DNA from: Octopus sinensis
Lineage: Eukaryota
DNA length: 64,000 bases
Direction of reading: 5' to 3'
Assembly (NCBI RefSeq): GCF_006345805.1
Contig: NC_043009.1
Coordinates: 46,128,001-46,192,000 of the forward strand
Shown here: in pieces, positions 1-11,301 of the stretch
Position numbering within the stretch: the first letter of the stretch is position 1
Layout: the number at the start of each line of letters is the position of its first letter
Position numbers and translations under genes: made by a program
The notes under the pieces: generated by a model
Told to the model about the DNA's origin: nothing
The model's input: the letters and a program-made list of their open reading frames with translations, nothing else
The model's database searches: none

Positions 1-266
1 AGACAGGAGCAAGCTCAGGCATCCAGGATTAAACAGAGGTGGCCATGAGACCGTATATTATATATGGTTCAAATGTACAAAAAAAAATGACGAAAGACAG
101 AGGCAGGTGATGGAAAAACAAGTAGGTTTATTAGATTGATGCTCATGAAAAAATGTAAACTTCAAGACATTTCAAATTTTCCCAAGTGTCTTACTAATAT
201 AACTGCTTGTTGCTATCCCATCAAACTTGCATTTGTTTTCTATATATTTAAACCATGATATATTTA

Positions 267-267
<1 letters not shown>

Positions 268-312
<45 letters not shown>

Positions 313-313
313 G

Positions 314-362
<49 letters not shown>

Positions 363-380
363 GACATATTACACCTAACC

Positions 381-423
<43 letters not shown>

Positions 424-552
424 ATATACATATATATGTATGTATATATACATATATATGTATATATAGATACATATATGTTATATATGCATATATATGT
501 ATTATATCTATATCTATCTCTATGTCTCTCTCTCTCTTTCTCTCTCTCTCTC

Positions 553-600
<48 letters not shown>
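268..600. repeat. Compound microsatellite (TATC)n/(TA)n/(CT)n
   Basis: Directly visible; explains the low-complexity ORFs at 255-706. Confidence 0.97.
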
Positions 601-601
<1 letters not shown>

Positions 602-849
602 CATATATGTATACAGTAATCCATCAGCTATCGCGAGTATTACATTCCAAAACCTCCCGCAGAAATAATTAAAATCTAAAAAAATATAAATACTCATCAC
701 CCGCATATACCTGTGATATACTGAGGATTTTACAATATAAATTTATCTATATTAACCAGTAAAATCTGCGATGTACTGAGTTTGATAGAAGTAAAAACTG
801 GAATAAGATACAAAGAGTTTGTGACAAAGCAAATGGGGTGAACACGTGG

Positions 850-1335
850 TACAAAACAGACAAATATCAAGGAGTGATGTTTGTTGAGGCCACAGCCCAT
901 AGAGAACTAGCCTGTAGATTTAGGAAAGCTCTGAAGGAGGCTCAATATTAAGATCGTTGAAAATCCCAGGAGCTCCATCAGATCAAAACTACGTAGGACA
1001 CACCCTTTTGGGAATACCACATGCACTAAGGATATTTCCATGATATTAACCCTGATATTAACTGTAGAACTAGAAGTGTAGTCTACTGCTTAAGGTGCAT
1101 AGAGGGTGCTTGTAAAGAAAAGATCATGATATACATAAGTGAGACATCTAGGACCATTGCGGAAAGACTAAATGAACATCTGAGACAATATGACAACAAA
1201 AAGCAATCCTCCATACTCCATATGGAGGCATACTGGGTCAACTTGACAACCGCATTTTATCTAAGCACTCGAAGGATCCAACACTCAGACAAGTACAAGA
1301 GTACGTCATCATTAATGAAACAATCCCAGCACTAA
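850..1335 (+). mobile_element. Penelope-like element, decayed GIY-YIG endonuclease region
   Basis: The frame of ORF 1126-1335 extends upstream as NCRTRSVVYCLRC...IYISETSRTIAERLNEH, matching the PLE C..VVY...YIGET.R....R..EH pattern; frameshifts and stops upstream. Confidence 0.85.
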
Positions 1336-1399
1336 ATAAAATATATATATAGGTGTCATTCCCCAATACCCACAGTTTATATATATACAGTGTTGTTAG

Positions 1400-1860
1400 T
1401 AGGCTGTTATGTAGGCGTGTGATATGTTTGTGTGTGTGTGTGTATGTATATATATATATTGTATATGTATGTGTATGTGTATATATATATGTGGGTAAAT
1501 GATACGCATATGAATAGGTAGGTATACAGATAGATAGGTACATAAGTAATTAGGACAGACGGGCACAGACACAGACATGCACAAAAACATACAAATGTGC
1601 TCACATGCATACGTATATATATATATATGCATACACACACATATTGCAAGCAAACATGCAGAGTACATACATGCATACAAACATTGCACACATGCATATA
1701 TATGTATATGCATACACTTGCATATATACATACATACATATATATACACACACACGCAAACATACATACATACATACATACTTACATACATACATACATA
1801 TGTGTATGCGCACGCACACTGACGCACACGCATGTGTACAAAAAAGAACGCAAAATTCTA
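1400..1860. repeat. Compound (TG)/(TA)/(CATA) microsatellite field
   Basis: Directly visible. Confidence 0.95.
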
Positions 1861-2113
1861 ATGAAGGACAGTCAATGACTATTGAAAAGTATGCAAGTCT
1901 CCACGAAAATTTTATTAAGACGTCAAGTATGAAATTTGTAGAAAATGAAAAAAGTTTGATAATGTTTTATAAATACAAGGAATAGTTTTATTACCTGGAA
2001 AAATGTGAGCATGAAAAGTAATATTCTTAAGATTATAAACATGGAAAAGTACAGGACAAGTTATTATATTTGGAAAAGTATAGGACACGTTATTACTTCT
2101 AATAAAGGAAAGA

Positions 2114-2276
2114 GGCGCAGGAGGGGCTGTGTGGTATGTAGCTTGTTTACCAACCACATGGTTCCGGCTTCAGTCCCACTGCGTGTCATCTTGGGCAAGT
2201 GTCTTCTACTATAGGATCGGGCCGACCAAAACCTTGTGAGTGGATTTGGTAGACAGAAACTGAAAGAAGCCCGTCG

Positions 2277-2337
<61 letters not shown>

Positions 2338-2656
2338 TTGCGTGTCTGAGTTTGTCCCCCAGCATCGCGTGACAGCCGATGGTGGTGTGTTTACGTCTCC
2401 GTAAGTTAGTTAGTTAGTTAGTTAGTTAGTTAATGTGGCTCAAAAGCAAATAGCAAGGCCATGTAGGGGGACATGGAGTTAAGTACAGGGTGGTGTTCAT
2501 GTAAAGAGTTCAGTAACTTAGCGGTTCGGCAAAAGAGACCGATAGAACAAGTACTAGGCTTACAAAGAATAAGCCCTGGGGTCGATTTGTTCGACTAAAG
2601 GCGGTGCTCCAGCATGGCCGCAGTCAAATGACTGAAACAAGTAAAAGTGTAAAAGA
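2114..2656 (+). mobile_element. tRNA-derived SINE family A with internal (TA)(TG) tract and a nested 108-bp insertion
   Basis: Head ggcgcaggag.ggctgtgtggt...ggttc..cagtccc, body cttgggcaagtgtcttctactatag, tail gcggtgctccagcatggccgcagtcaaatgactgaaacaagtaaaag; shared with copies at 8836, 9374, 47662. Confidence 0.92.
2405..2512 (-). mobile_element. Short 5'-truncated retroelement 3' end with (TAAC)n tail, inserted in SINE A
   Basis: Interrupts the SINE A motif ccgtaa|cttagcgg; gtaa duplicated (2401-04, 2513-16); (GTTA)n at the left edge. Confidence 0.7.
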
Positions 2657-2938
2657 TTAAGAAACTTTTACTTAAAATACTGCAGCGAAGAATGCCAGTT
2701 CTAATTATCACTCTTTACAGTTCTCATTTAAATTTATTGTACAAAGCAGTTCAGCTAATTTGTAAGTTTGTCCAATTAGTCACTTTTTTCTCTATTTAAT
2801 GTAGTAAATTAGCCAAATTCTACTTAAATAAGTATAGCGTTATTTGTAAACTATAATAAAATAATTTCTAATATTCAAATTTTAATTTTAGCTACAATAT
2901 TTTAACTAAAAAGTTTCTTATTTTTTACTTTATTAGAA

Positions 2939-3024
2939 GTAATAACTTGTCCTATATTTTTCCAGGCGTAATAACTTGTCCTATAGTTTTCCAGGCGTAA
3001 TAACTTGCCCAGTACTTTTCCAGG
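2939..3024. repeat. 29-bp tandem repeat x3 within an inverted-repeat arm
   Basis: gtaataacttgtcctatatttttccaggc-type units at 2939, 2968, 2997. Confidence 0.9.
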
Positions 3025-3599
3025 TTTATAATCTTAAGAATATTACTTTTCATGCTCGCATTTTTCCATGTAATCCATATTTCCAGGCATTGCTGTTATA
3101 CGATAATTAATAATGTGCCCGGCGCGCTAACGTTTCTGTCAACTCACCGCGTTATAATACATTATCTTAACATTATTGCTTGGGGCGTTACTTCTTACTT
3201 CCTCATATACTGAAAATAAATTTCATGACATTTCACCTCATCACATTTTTTCTACTAATTTTTGTTCAATGAGACTAACGATTCTGAACTCCTCATGCAT
3301 TCTTCTGTCATTTAAGCATAAGAAAAGTCTACTTTTATTTTAAAATAAAAAAAGTTTGTTAATTGAAGATGAATAGGTGTCTTACTGCCCACCTTTTGAC
3401 CTTACCTATTTTGATGTAAGTATTTTCTACTGAACCAAATCTCAAACTATTTATGCCAAAGTGTAGCTGAGGTGTCCTCTTTAAAACTGTTTACAGTTTG
3501 CAATTTAGTTGAGAACTAAATTAGTGGTGAGGCTTGGAAGCTGCTGCGATTGACGAAATGGTGGACTTAAGAATAAATTCAAACACCACCGTGGTTGAA

Positions 3600-4632
3600 T
3601 GATTCATCAAAGTATGCACCTGTATTGTCAATACACTTTTGCCATTTCAGCGGTAGCTTGTCCAGCCCGGAACTGTAAAAGCCTGGCAATCTACAGTCAA
3701 TAAAATCTTGGAAGGCCTGTTTTACAACATCTCCGAATTAAATTTTTTCCTATCAAAAAGTTATCCAAATTCTGGAAGAAGTGGTAGTCAGTGGGGGTAA
3801 GATCAGATGAAGTATGGTGGAGGATGGCGAACTTCCAACTCCAACTCCTGTAGTTTCGCTAATGTCATTTTTACGATGTGTGGTCTGGCGTTGTCTTGCA
3901 ATAAAATAGGAGTGGATCCGTAGACTAATCAAGGCTTTGTAAATTTTTGTAAATTTTTGTAAATTTCTGCATAATTTGGTCCAGTTGGCTGTAGTATACT
4001 TCGGCCAGTGATTGAAGAGCCAGGTTTAATGAAATCATAATGGATCACACCTGCGACAGACCACCAGACAAACACCATCAGCTTCTTTTAATGAATTTTG
4101 TTTTTTGGACTGTGTTTTGGTGGCTCGTCTTTGTCCAACCATTGTGCTGAACGTTTACGGTTGTTGTATTGGATCCATTACTCTTCGCATGTTACAATTC
4201 GATAAAAAATGATTCATTTTTGTGACAAGAAAGTAGCATAATGCAGGCTTCCAAACGTTGCTGTTTCTGATTTTCATTGAGTTCATGTGGAACCCACTTA
4301 TCCAACATTTTCACTTTACCGATTTGAATTAGGTGAGTCAATATTATTTCCTTGCTAACACCAAAGAACAACGATAGTTCATGGGCACATTGCGTGGGAT
4401 CTGACTTACAGTGGCTTTAAGTTCGTTATCATCCACCTTTGTTTCTGGTCGACCGCGTAGCTCATTTGTGAGGTCAAAGTTACCAGAACGAAATTTTGCA
4501 AGCCAATTTGATACTGCCTGTAATAACATTAGAATGAAATACTCCATTAATATTCTGAGCTGTCAGTGATGCTGTATTTCCCCCAAAAAAGCACTCATAT
4601 TTCAAAACTGTACGAATTTCCGACTAATCCAT
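3600..4632 (-). pseudogene. Decayed mariner (D,D34D) transposase
   Basis: Multi-frame translation gives M..SEIRTVLKYE, KFRSGNFDLTNE.RGRP, DKWVPHELNENQK, IVTCEE*WIQYNN, DNARPH, HPPYSSDL.P.DYHFF, KWQKCIDNTGAYFD; many stops and frameshifts. Confidence 0.93.
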
Positions 4633-4970
4633 CTCTAAACAAAAATAGTAAAAGCGATTTATAAATTCTTTATATAGCGCGAAATGAGTTCGAATAAAGA
4701 AATAGATGTGTCAGCTTTCTAACAAAAAATAAAGTTTGTCAAAATATAATAAGGGCACAAAATGAGCAGCTGTCGAAGTTTAGCATATACTTTACTACAA
4801 ATTTCATACTTGACGACCAAATAATAATAATAAATAAGTAAATGCGTGGAAATAGGTGGATGTGTTAAATTCACATGGTCCTAAAAGAGAATGACTCTCT
4901 CCAGACACAAAAGAAATTATATATATATATTATATCTATAAAATAATATGTTACAATTACTAAATAGTCA

Positions 4971-5033
4971 AGATAAAACTCTGAGTTTCAGATGCCGAAG
5001 TGGAAATCCACAACACCATCTCTTCGGTTATCT
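4971..5033 (-). ncRNA. Hammerhead ribozyme-like motif (type I, core variant CCGAAGA)
   Basis: Minus strand: agataa-CCGAAGA-gatg..catc-t-GAAA-ctc a gag-UU-ttatct. Stem I 6 bp, stem II 4 bp plus inner hairpin, near-palindromic stem III, GUU triplet; U4>C change in core. Confidence 0.6.
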
Positions 5034-5446
5034 GGCCATCTGAAAAAACTATTGAGTAATTGTAACATTATTTTATAGATAAATTTCCTCTATTTACATA
5101 ATATTGAGGTCTCTTTCTTTCTTTGTTATCTTACCGTTTTTACCAAAATATATATATTAATATATTATAATTATATATATATATAATATATATATATTGT
5201 ATTATATATATATATATAAGTATTATATATATATCATTTCTTTCACTTTTCTTTTTTTCTTTTGTTTGGTGCAGTCATTTGACTGCGGCCGTGCCAGAAC
5301 ACTGTCTTTAGTCGAAAAAATCTACTTAGTACTTTTTCTCTCGTACTTTTGCGGGGTCATAAACACTCCAACAATAGTTGTTAAGTAATGGTGGTGGCGG
5401 TGGTGGTGGTGAGCAAACACAAACACATAAATACATACATATACAC

Positions 5447-5488
<42 letters not shown>

Positions 5489-5903
5489 GAATAAGGGTAG
5501 AAATTTCCGATCTCAGCGCGCCAAAGTGAAGGCATTTGAAATATACACATAAATATAATTTGTTGAACTCTATACATGCAGGATTTCGGTCAAGCGTTCT
5601 GTATCTAGTTCTGGAAATTATGTTTGTAAACGACAGACGATGCTGATGATCTTGCAGATGTTCGCGTGTACACATACGTGAATATTAACAAGTGAAACTA
5701 ATTAGTACATAGGTAATCGTTTTTTATTTCGTATATTTTCATTTGTCTTGCTTATTTTTACACTTTTGTTTTTTGCTGAGTTTTTTCTTGAGAACACATT
5801 CTTCGTGGAAAATAGCGATTTTGACGTCTATATCTAGCATATTGACTGTCCACTTTTAGTGGTCAGTCCTTTAAATTTTGTACATATATATATATATATA
5901 TAA

Positions 5904-6096
5904 TACAGTTCTATATTTAAGAGATGAGGAATTATGTACATTATCTATATTATTTACATTATTTATATTTGACGGATATTTGTCCTCATCTTGTTTGTTG
6001 TTAACACAACGTTTCGGCTGATATACACTCAGCTTTCATCAGGTGTCTTGGGGAAATTTTCAACCTGGGTTCTCATTTCTAGGGTATTTTTTGATG

Positions 6097-6163
<67 letters not shown>

Positions 6164-6239
6164 GGTCCCTGCTTGGAATCGAACTCGGAATTTTGGGGTT
6201 AGTAGCTCGCGCTCTTAACAATGACGCTATATGCCCGTG
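5904..6239 (-). mobile_element. tRNA-headed SINE-like element: tRNA-like head, (AAT)n, PLE-type body with hammerhead
   Basis: Head gggcatatagcgtcattgttaagagcgcgagctactaacccc...gagttcgattcc (B box intact) at 6236-6163, (AAT)n 6100-6160, hammerhead 6003-6047. Confidence 0.7.
6003..6047 (-). ncRNA. Minimal type-I hammerhead ribozyme
   Basis: Minus strand: gacac-CTGATGA-a-agctga gtgtata tcagcc-GAAA-C-GU-U-gtgtt. Intact core, 5-bp stem II, palindromic ACGU stem III, stem I gacac/gtgtt. Confidence 0.8.
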
Positions 6240-6248
6240 AGCATATGG

Positions 6249-6496
6249 CCTCGGGCCGACAAAAGCCTTGCAAGTGGATTTAGTAGAGGGAAACTGAAAG
6301 AAGCCTATCGTGTAAAAATGTATATATATTTATGTTTGAATGTCTTTGTCGGTGTTTTCCCCCCTTTTCGCTTGACAACCAATGCTGGTGTGTTTACGTC
6401 CCCCAAACTTGGCGGTTCGGCTAAAGAAACCGATAGAGTCGATTTTTTTCGACTAAAGGCCGCAGTCAATAATTGAAGGATGTAAAAGAGTAAAAG
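6249..6496 (+). mobile_element. SINE A, head missing, degenerate
   Basis: cctcgggccgac..gccttg..gtggattt..aactgaaagaagcc and tail gtaaaagagtaaaag. Confidence 0.85.
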
Positions 6497-6558
6497 CGAA
6501 TATCATATATAATATATATATATATATATTATATTATATATATATATATATATATTTT

Positions 6559-6600
<42 letters not shown>

Positions 6601-6604
6601 TTAT

Positions 6605-6639
<35 letters not shown>

Positions 6640-7310
6640 ATATATTATAACGGAGAAAGGTTCTCAATAACTAGGTACTAAAAAACCGTCTGGAAATTTT
6701 TTATAAAGTCGTGTTCTAAAAATTTTCCTATAATTTCGATTTCTGAACTTTATTGAATTTTTTAACTCCGGTTTTTCACAAATTTAAATATTCGTTGCAT
6801 TCACTGTGGAGTTTTCCGTTTTTATTTCTAAAGTCTCTCATTTCCTATTTCAATGTTTTCATTTCGAGTTCGCTATATGGAAAACCCAGTATATTCTATA
6901 TACGTTATGTAAAAACATTATTCTTTGAATTTTTTTAAAAATAATAATACTGGTATAAATTTTGTAAAAAAGAATTAAGAAGTGATTTTGTTATTATGGC
7001 TGTTTGGAACGCGATAAGCCTTACAATAACTATTCGGACCGATTTTGGCCATTTTTTTAAAACTTAAAAACCATAGGAGGGGCCATTTTGGTAAAAATAA
7101 AAAAACCGTAAATATTTTCAGAGGTAAAGGTGAACAATTAAACCCCACTCTCACATGTATTGATGTTTTTTTTAATATTTTTCTCCCATTAACTACATTT
7201 TATAAAATAATGATGCTGAAGTGACACGCAAATGGTCCATTGGTGGAATATAAGCAACAAAAATTGTAATCTAAATTTTTACCCCTAACTCAACCAAGCG
7301 AAGCCGTGTG

Positions 7311-7434
7311 TATGTGAAACGTATGATATTAAAAGTGTGTGAAAAGTATGCTATTAAAAGTATGTGAAAAGTATGATATTAAAAGTATGTGAAAAGTATG
7401 CTATTGAAAATATGTGAAAAGTATGCTATTAAAA
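7311..7434. repeat. 25-bp minisatellite x5 (tatgtgaaaagtatgctattaaaag)
   Basis: Units at 7311, 7336, 7361, 7386, 7411. Confidence 0.95.
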
Positions 7435-8611
7435 TGAATTATCGCTTACGAAACTCTTTCTTTAAATCACTGTGGATAAATGCCAGCAATGCCCTTCTCA
7501 GGCTCTCCAATAGTTTAATTTATAAACCCAAACAATCGGGGGCAGGGAATGGGATTGCAAAATGTTAGTAACTTTTTAAATTTTCTTTTTATTAGTATGT
7601 AAATGTATTTATGGGGAGAAGAATATCGAAAAACATCAATGTATGCGAGAGTGATAAAGAAACGTTGAGCGTCGTCTTGGGATGTGCTAGAAACAACAGC
7701 CACATCTCCCTTAACTTACACACTTTTTCCTCTGAAAATTTTAAATTTGTTTTTACCGAAATGCCTCACCTCCACCCCGTGGTTTCCATGTGCAACAAAA
7801 ATTAAACAAAATATGCCCAGAGTAGGATGATGAGGGGGTGGTACTAAAAAAGAATTTTAACTTTTTGTATACAAAGATGCTCCCCACCCTACCCTATCAA
7901 TTCGAAGGCTGTGATTTTAAAAGAAATGGGGAACGCCCCCCCTCGCTAAAACAGAATAGTTCTAACTTATTTTGTCTTGTTGATCCGAAACTCCTTTTTA
8001 ATGAAATTTCTCTCCCCTGGAAAAAACTTTCGACACAAATTTCTTTATAATTGTAACCTATGTCATTTAAAAGGTATCTGAATAAACTTTCATTAAAAGA
8101 TAGCAATTTTCCTGAAAGTTATGAGGGATCGGGTGAATATACCCAAACTCCTCTCTCCACCCCCAAGGAAAAAGTCTTTCCCTAAATCCTACCTACTCTG
8201 AAGTCACAACATATAAGCGGTGTTTGTAAAAAATTTTGTTAAAATGTATCCATTGTTTGCAACGATCTCTCTTCTTCCTCTCTCTCTCACACACACACAC
8301 ACGTACACACATACACACACTGCAAGGCTTAAACACGGGCTGCTGAACTGGAAACTCTATGGTTGCTTTGAGAGGGAAGTAAAACTTGACAAACTGCTTC
8401 CCCCTCTGTAGTTGGACTACTTTGATGTCTGTTTGAAAAAAGAGATTATGACTGTGATAAAACAATGCTAGCAATATATACTTAGCAAGTGAGCACTTGC
8501 TTATATAATTAGATGTAAAATATTAAAATTATTAGAATTGTGAAAATATTATCATGTGACTATAGAAATCACCCGTAGCTCGCTCTTTCTGCTAGTGCAT
8601 GTATATATATA

Positions 8612-8659
<48 letters not shown>

Positions 8660-8798
8660 TAGGCGCAGGAGTGCGTGTGTAGTAAGTAGCTTGCTTACTC
8701 TCTCGCTCTCTCTCTCTCTCTCTATAAATTATATATAAACATATGTATATAATATAAATTAATATACATATAATATATATGAGATATATGTAATATAT

Positions 8799-8835
<37 letters not shown>

Positions 8836-8836
<1 letters not shown>

Positions 8837-9016
8837 GAGTGGCTGTGTGGTAAGTAGCTTGCTTACCAACCACATGGTTCCGGGTTCAGTTCCACTGCGT
8901 GGCATCTTGGGCAAGTGTCTTCTGCTATAGCCCCGGGCCGACCAATGCCTTGTGAGTGGATTTGGTAGACGGAAACTGAAAGAAGCCTGTCGTATATATG
9001 TATATATATATATATA

Positions 9017-9065
<49 letters not shown>

Positions 9066-9297
9066 GTGTGTGTGTTTGTGTGTCTGTGTTTGTCCCCCTA
9101 GCTCCCCTAGCATTGCCTACAACGGGGCTGGTGTTTTACGTCCCCGTCACTTAGCGGTTCGGCAAAAGAGACCGATAGAATAGTACTCCTGGGCTTACAA
9201 AGAATAAGTTCCGGGGTCGATTTGCTCGACTAAAGGCGGTGCTCCCAGCATGGCCGCAGTCAAATGACTGAAACAAGTAGAAGAGTAAAGAGTAGAG

Positions 9298-9298
<1 letters not shown>
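8836..9298 (+). mobile_element. SINE A, near full length
   Basis: High similarity to 47662-48078; embedded in (TA)n. A 38-bp head-only stub lies at 8661-8698. Confidence 0.95.
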
Positions 9299-9339
<41 letters not shown>

Positions 9340-9373
9340 ATATATAATATATATATTAATATATATATATGTA

Positions 9374-9735
9374 GGCGCAGGAGTGGCTGTGTGGTAAGTA
9401 GCTTGCTAACCAACCACATGGTTCCGGGTTCAGTCCCACTGCGTGGCATCTTGGGCTAGTGTCTTCTGCTATAGCCCCGGGCCGACCAATGCCTTTGGTA
9501 GACGGAAACTGAAAGAAGCCTGTCGTATATATGTATATATATATATATATGTATGTGTGTGTATATGTTTGTGTGTCTGTGTTTGCCCCACTAGCATTGC
9601 TTGACAACCGATGCTGATGCAAAAGAAACCGATAGAATAAGTACTGGGCTTACAAAGAATAAGTCCCGGGGTCGATTTTCTCGACTAAAGGCGGTGCTCC
9701 TGTATGGCCGCAGTCAAATGACAGAAACAAGTAAA
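9374..9735 (+). mobile_element. SINE A with internal deletions
   Basis: Full head and tail; lacks gtgagtggattt and the tgtttacgtcccc..ggttcgg segments. Confidence 0.92.
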
Positions 9736-9895
9736 CATGTATATAATATATGTAATATATATTATAATATATGTAATATATATGTATATATATAAAATAT
9801 ATATATATAATAATATATATAAATATATAATATATGTATATATATGTAATATATATATATATATTATATATATAATATATAATATATATATAGTG

Positions 9896-10205
9896 AGGGC
9901 GCGTGGCTTAGTGGTTAGGGCATTCGGCTCATGATCGTAAGGTTGAGTTCGATTCCCGGCGACGCGTTGTGTCCTTGAGCAAGACACTTTATTTCACGTT
10001 GCTCCAGTCCACTCAGCTGGCAAAAGAGTTGTACTTGTATTTCAAAGGGTCAGCCTTGTCACTCTCTGTGTCACGCTGATTATCCCCGAGGACTACGTTA
10101 AGGGTACACGTGTCCCTGGAATGCTCATCCATTGCACGTTAATTTCACGAGCAAGCTGTTCCGTTGATCGTATCAGCTGGGACCCTCGTCGTCGTAACCG
10201 CGGAG

Positions 10206-10209
<4 letters not shown>
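9896..10209 (+). mobile_element. tRNA-derived SINE family C
   Basis: A box gtggcttagtgg, B box gagttcgattcc, central tgtccttgagcaagacactttatttcacgttgctccagt; minus-strand relative at 55397-55720. Confidence 0.92.
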
Positions 10210-10247
<38 letters not shown>

Positions 10248-10271
10248 TGTAATAAATAATATATATATTAT

Positions 10272-10650
10272 ATACTCTTTTACTTGTTTCAGTCATTTGA
10301 CTCCGGCCATGTTAGAGCACCGCCTTTTAGTCGAGCAAATCGACCCTAGGACTTATTATTTGCAAGCCTAGTACTTATTCTATCGGTCCCTTTTGCCAAA
10401 CCGCTAAGTTACGGGGATGTAAACACACCAGCATCGGTTAAGCGATGTTGGGGGTACAAACATAGACGCAAACACACATATATATATATATACATATATA
10501 CGACGGGCTTCTTTCAGTTTCAGTCACAAGGCTTTGGTCGGCCCGAGGCTATAATAGGTGACACTTGCCCAAGATGACACGCAGTGGAACTGAACCCGGA
10601 ACCATGCTGTTGGGAAGCAAGCGTTTTGCCACACAGCCATAACTACGCCT
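10272..10650 (-). mobile_element. SINE A
   Basis: Reverse complement of tail (cttttacttgtttcagtcatttgac) through head (ccacacagcc). Confidence 0.9.
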
Positions 10651-10659
10651 ATTATATAC

Positions 10660-10694
<35 letters not shown>

Positions 10695-10944
10695 TATATA
10701 TAGGTGTTCTCATTTTCACCGATCTTCAGCTTTATATTAACATCTGCTTATGCATGTATGTATGTATGTATGTATGTATGTATGTGTATGTGTATGTATG
10801 TATGTGTGTGTAACCGGAAAAGTTGGTGTTACTTTCTGTTCTCATTCCCATTACACTGTTTCATGTCCTATCTCGTTCCCTGTTCAGTTCCCATTTTAGT
10901 TCCGCTCCCATTTCTATCTCCAATTCTATGTCAATAAAGTAATT

Positions 10945-11176
10945 CTCTCTCTATCCGCTCAGTCGAAGTCGATTCTCGGTCACTCGTTGGATCAGTGTCC
11001 TCCAGTCAGTTCTATCCTGGGTCGCTTCCTTCAGATTGGCCATGTCCATTCCGGTATCACCCCTGATGGTGTCAAGCCAGCGGGTTCTTGGTCGGCCTCT
11101 TCCTCTCTTGCCACTGACCATTCCGAGCATGATGTCTTTCTCCAGGGATTTTCTCCGCATAATATGACCGAAATAT
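10945..11176 (-). mobile_element. 5'-truncated RTE (BovB-like) LINE 3' end
   Basis: Open frame YFGHIMRRKSLEKDIMLGMVSGKRGRGRPRTRWLD...QDRTDWR..* is the canonical RTE C-terminus; short (GA)n tail. Confidence 0.92.
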
Positions 11177-11301
11177 GCCCAACCCATTGTTTATGGTAAT
11201 AATGTATTGCTAAAGATATGTATTATATACTATTATTTCCATTAGTGGGTGAATAAGGAATGTCCCAATATTATTTTAATACACGAATATACATCTGACA
11301 T

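Larger units (their letters stand above)
1915..4821 (-). mobile_element. Candidate enlarged mariner element bounded by a TIR pair
   Basis: Perfect 21-bp inverted match cgtcaagtatgaaatttgtag at 1921-1941 and 4795-4815, each with TA 6 bp further out (1913-14, 4822-23); encloses a transposase relic. Confidence 0.6.

Noticed and set aside
130-200. Possible fifth hammerhead on the minus strand (GAAA-T-GTC)
   Set aside because: No CUGANGA core and no credible stem II.
255-1985. Many 60-145 aa ORFs (poly-IY, CV, HT)
   Set aside because: Translations of dinucleotide and tetranucleotide microsatellites; the same applies to such ORFs throughout the window.
2405-2432. Telomeric repeat
   Set aside because: (TTAG)n, not TTAGGG, and it is the tail of a small insertion.
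7311-7434. Regular 25-bp repeats as a CRISPR array
   Set aside because: No unique spacers, no cas genes, eukaryotic context.
6645-8200. Helitron/HINE-like non-autonomous elements
   Set aside because: Only a vague resemblance (cgaagccg end, aaagttatgaggg); boundaries could not be supported.
9896-9965. tRNA genes (also at 6163-6239 and 47662-47735)
   Set aside because: No closed acceptor stem; each continues into a SINE body.
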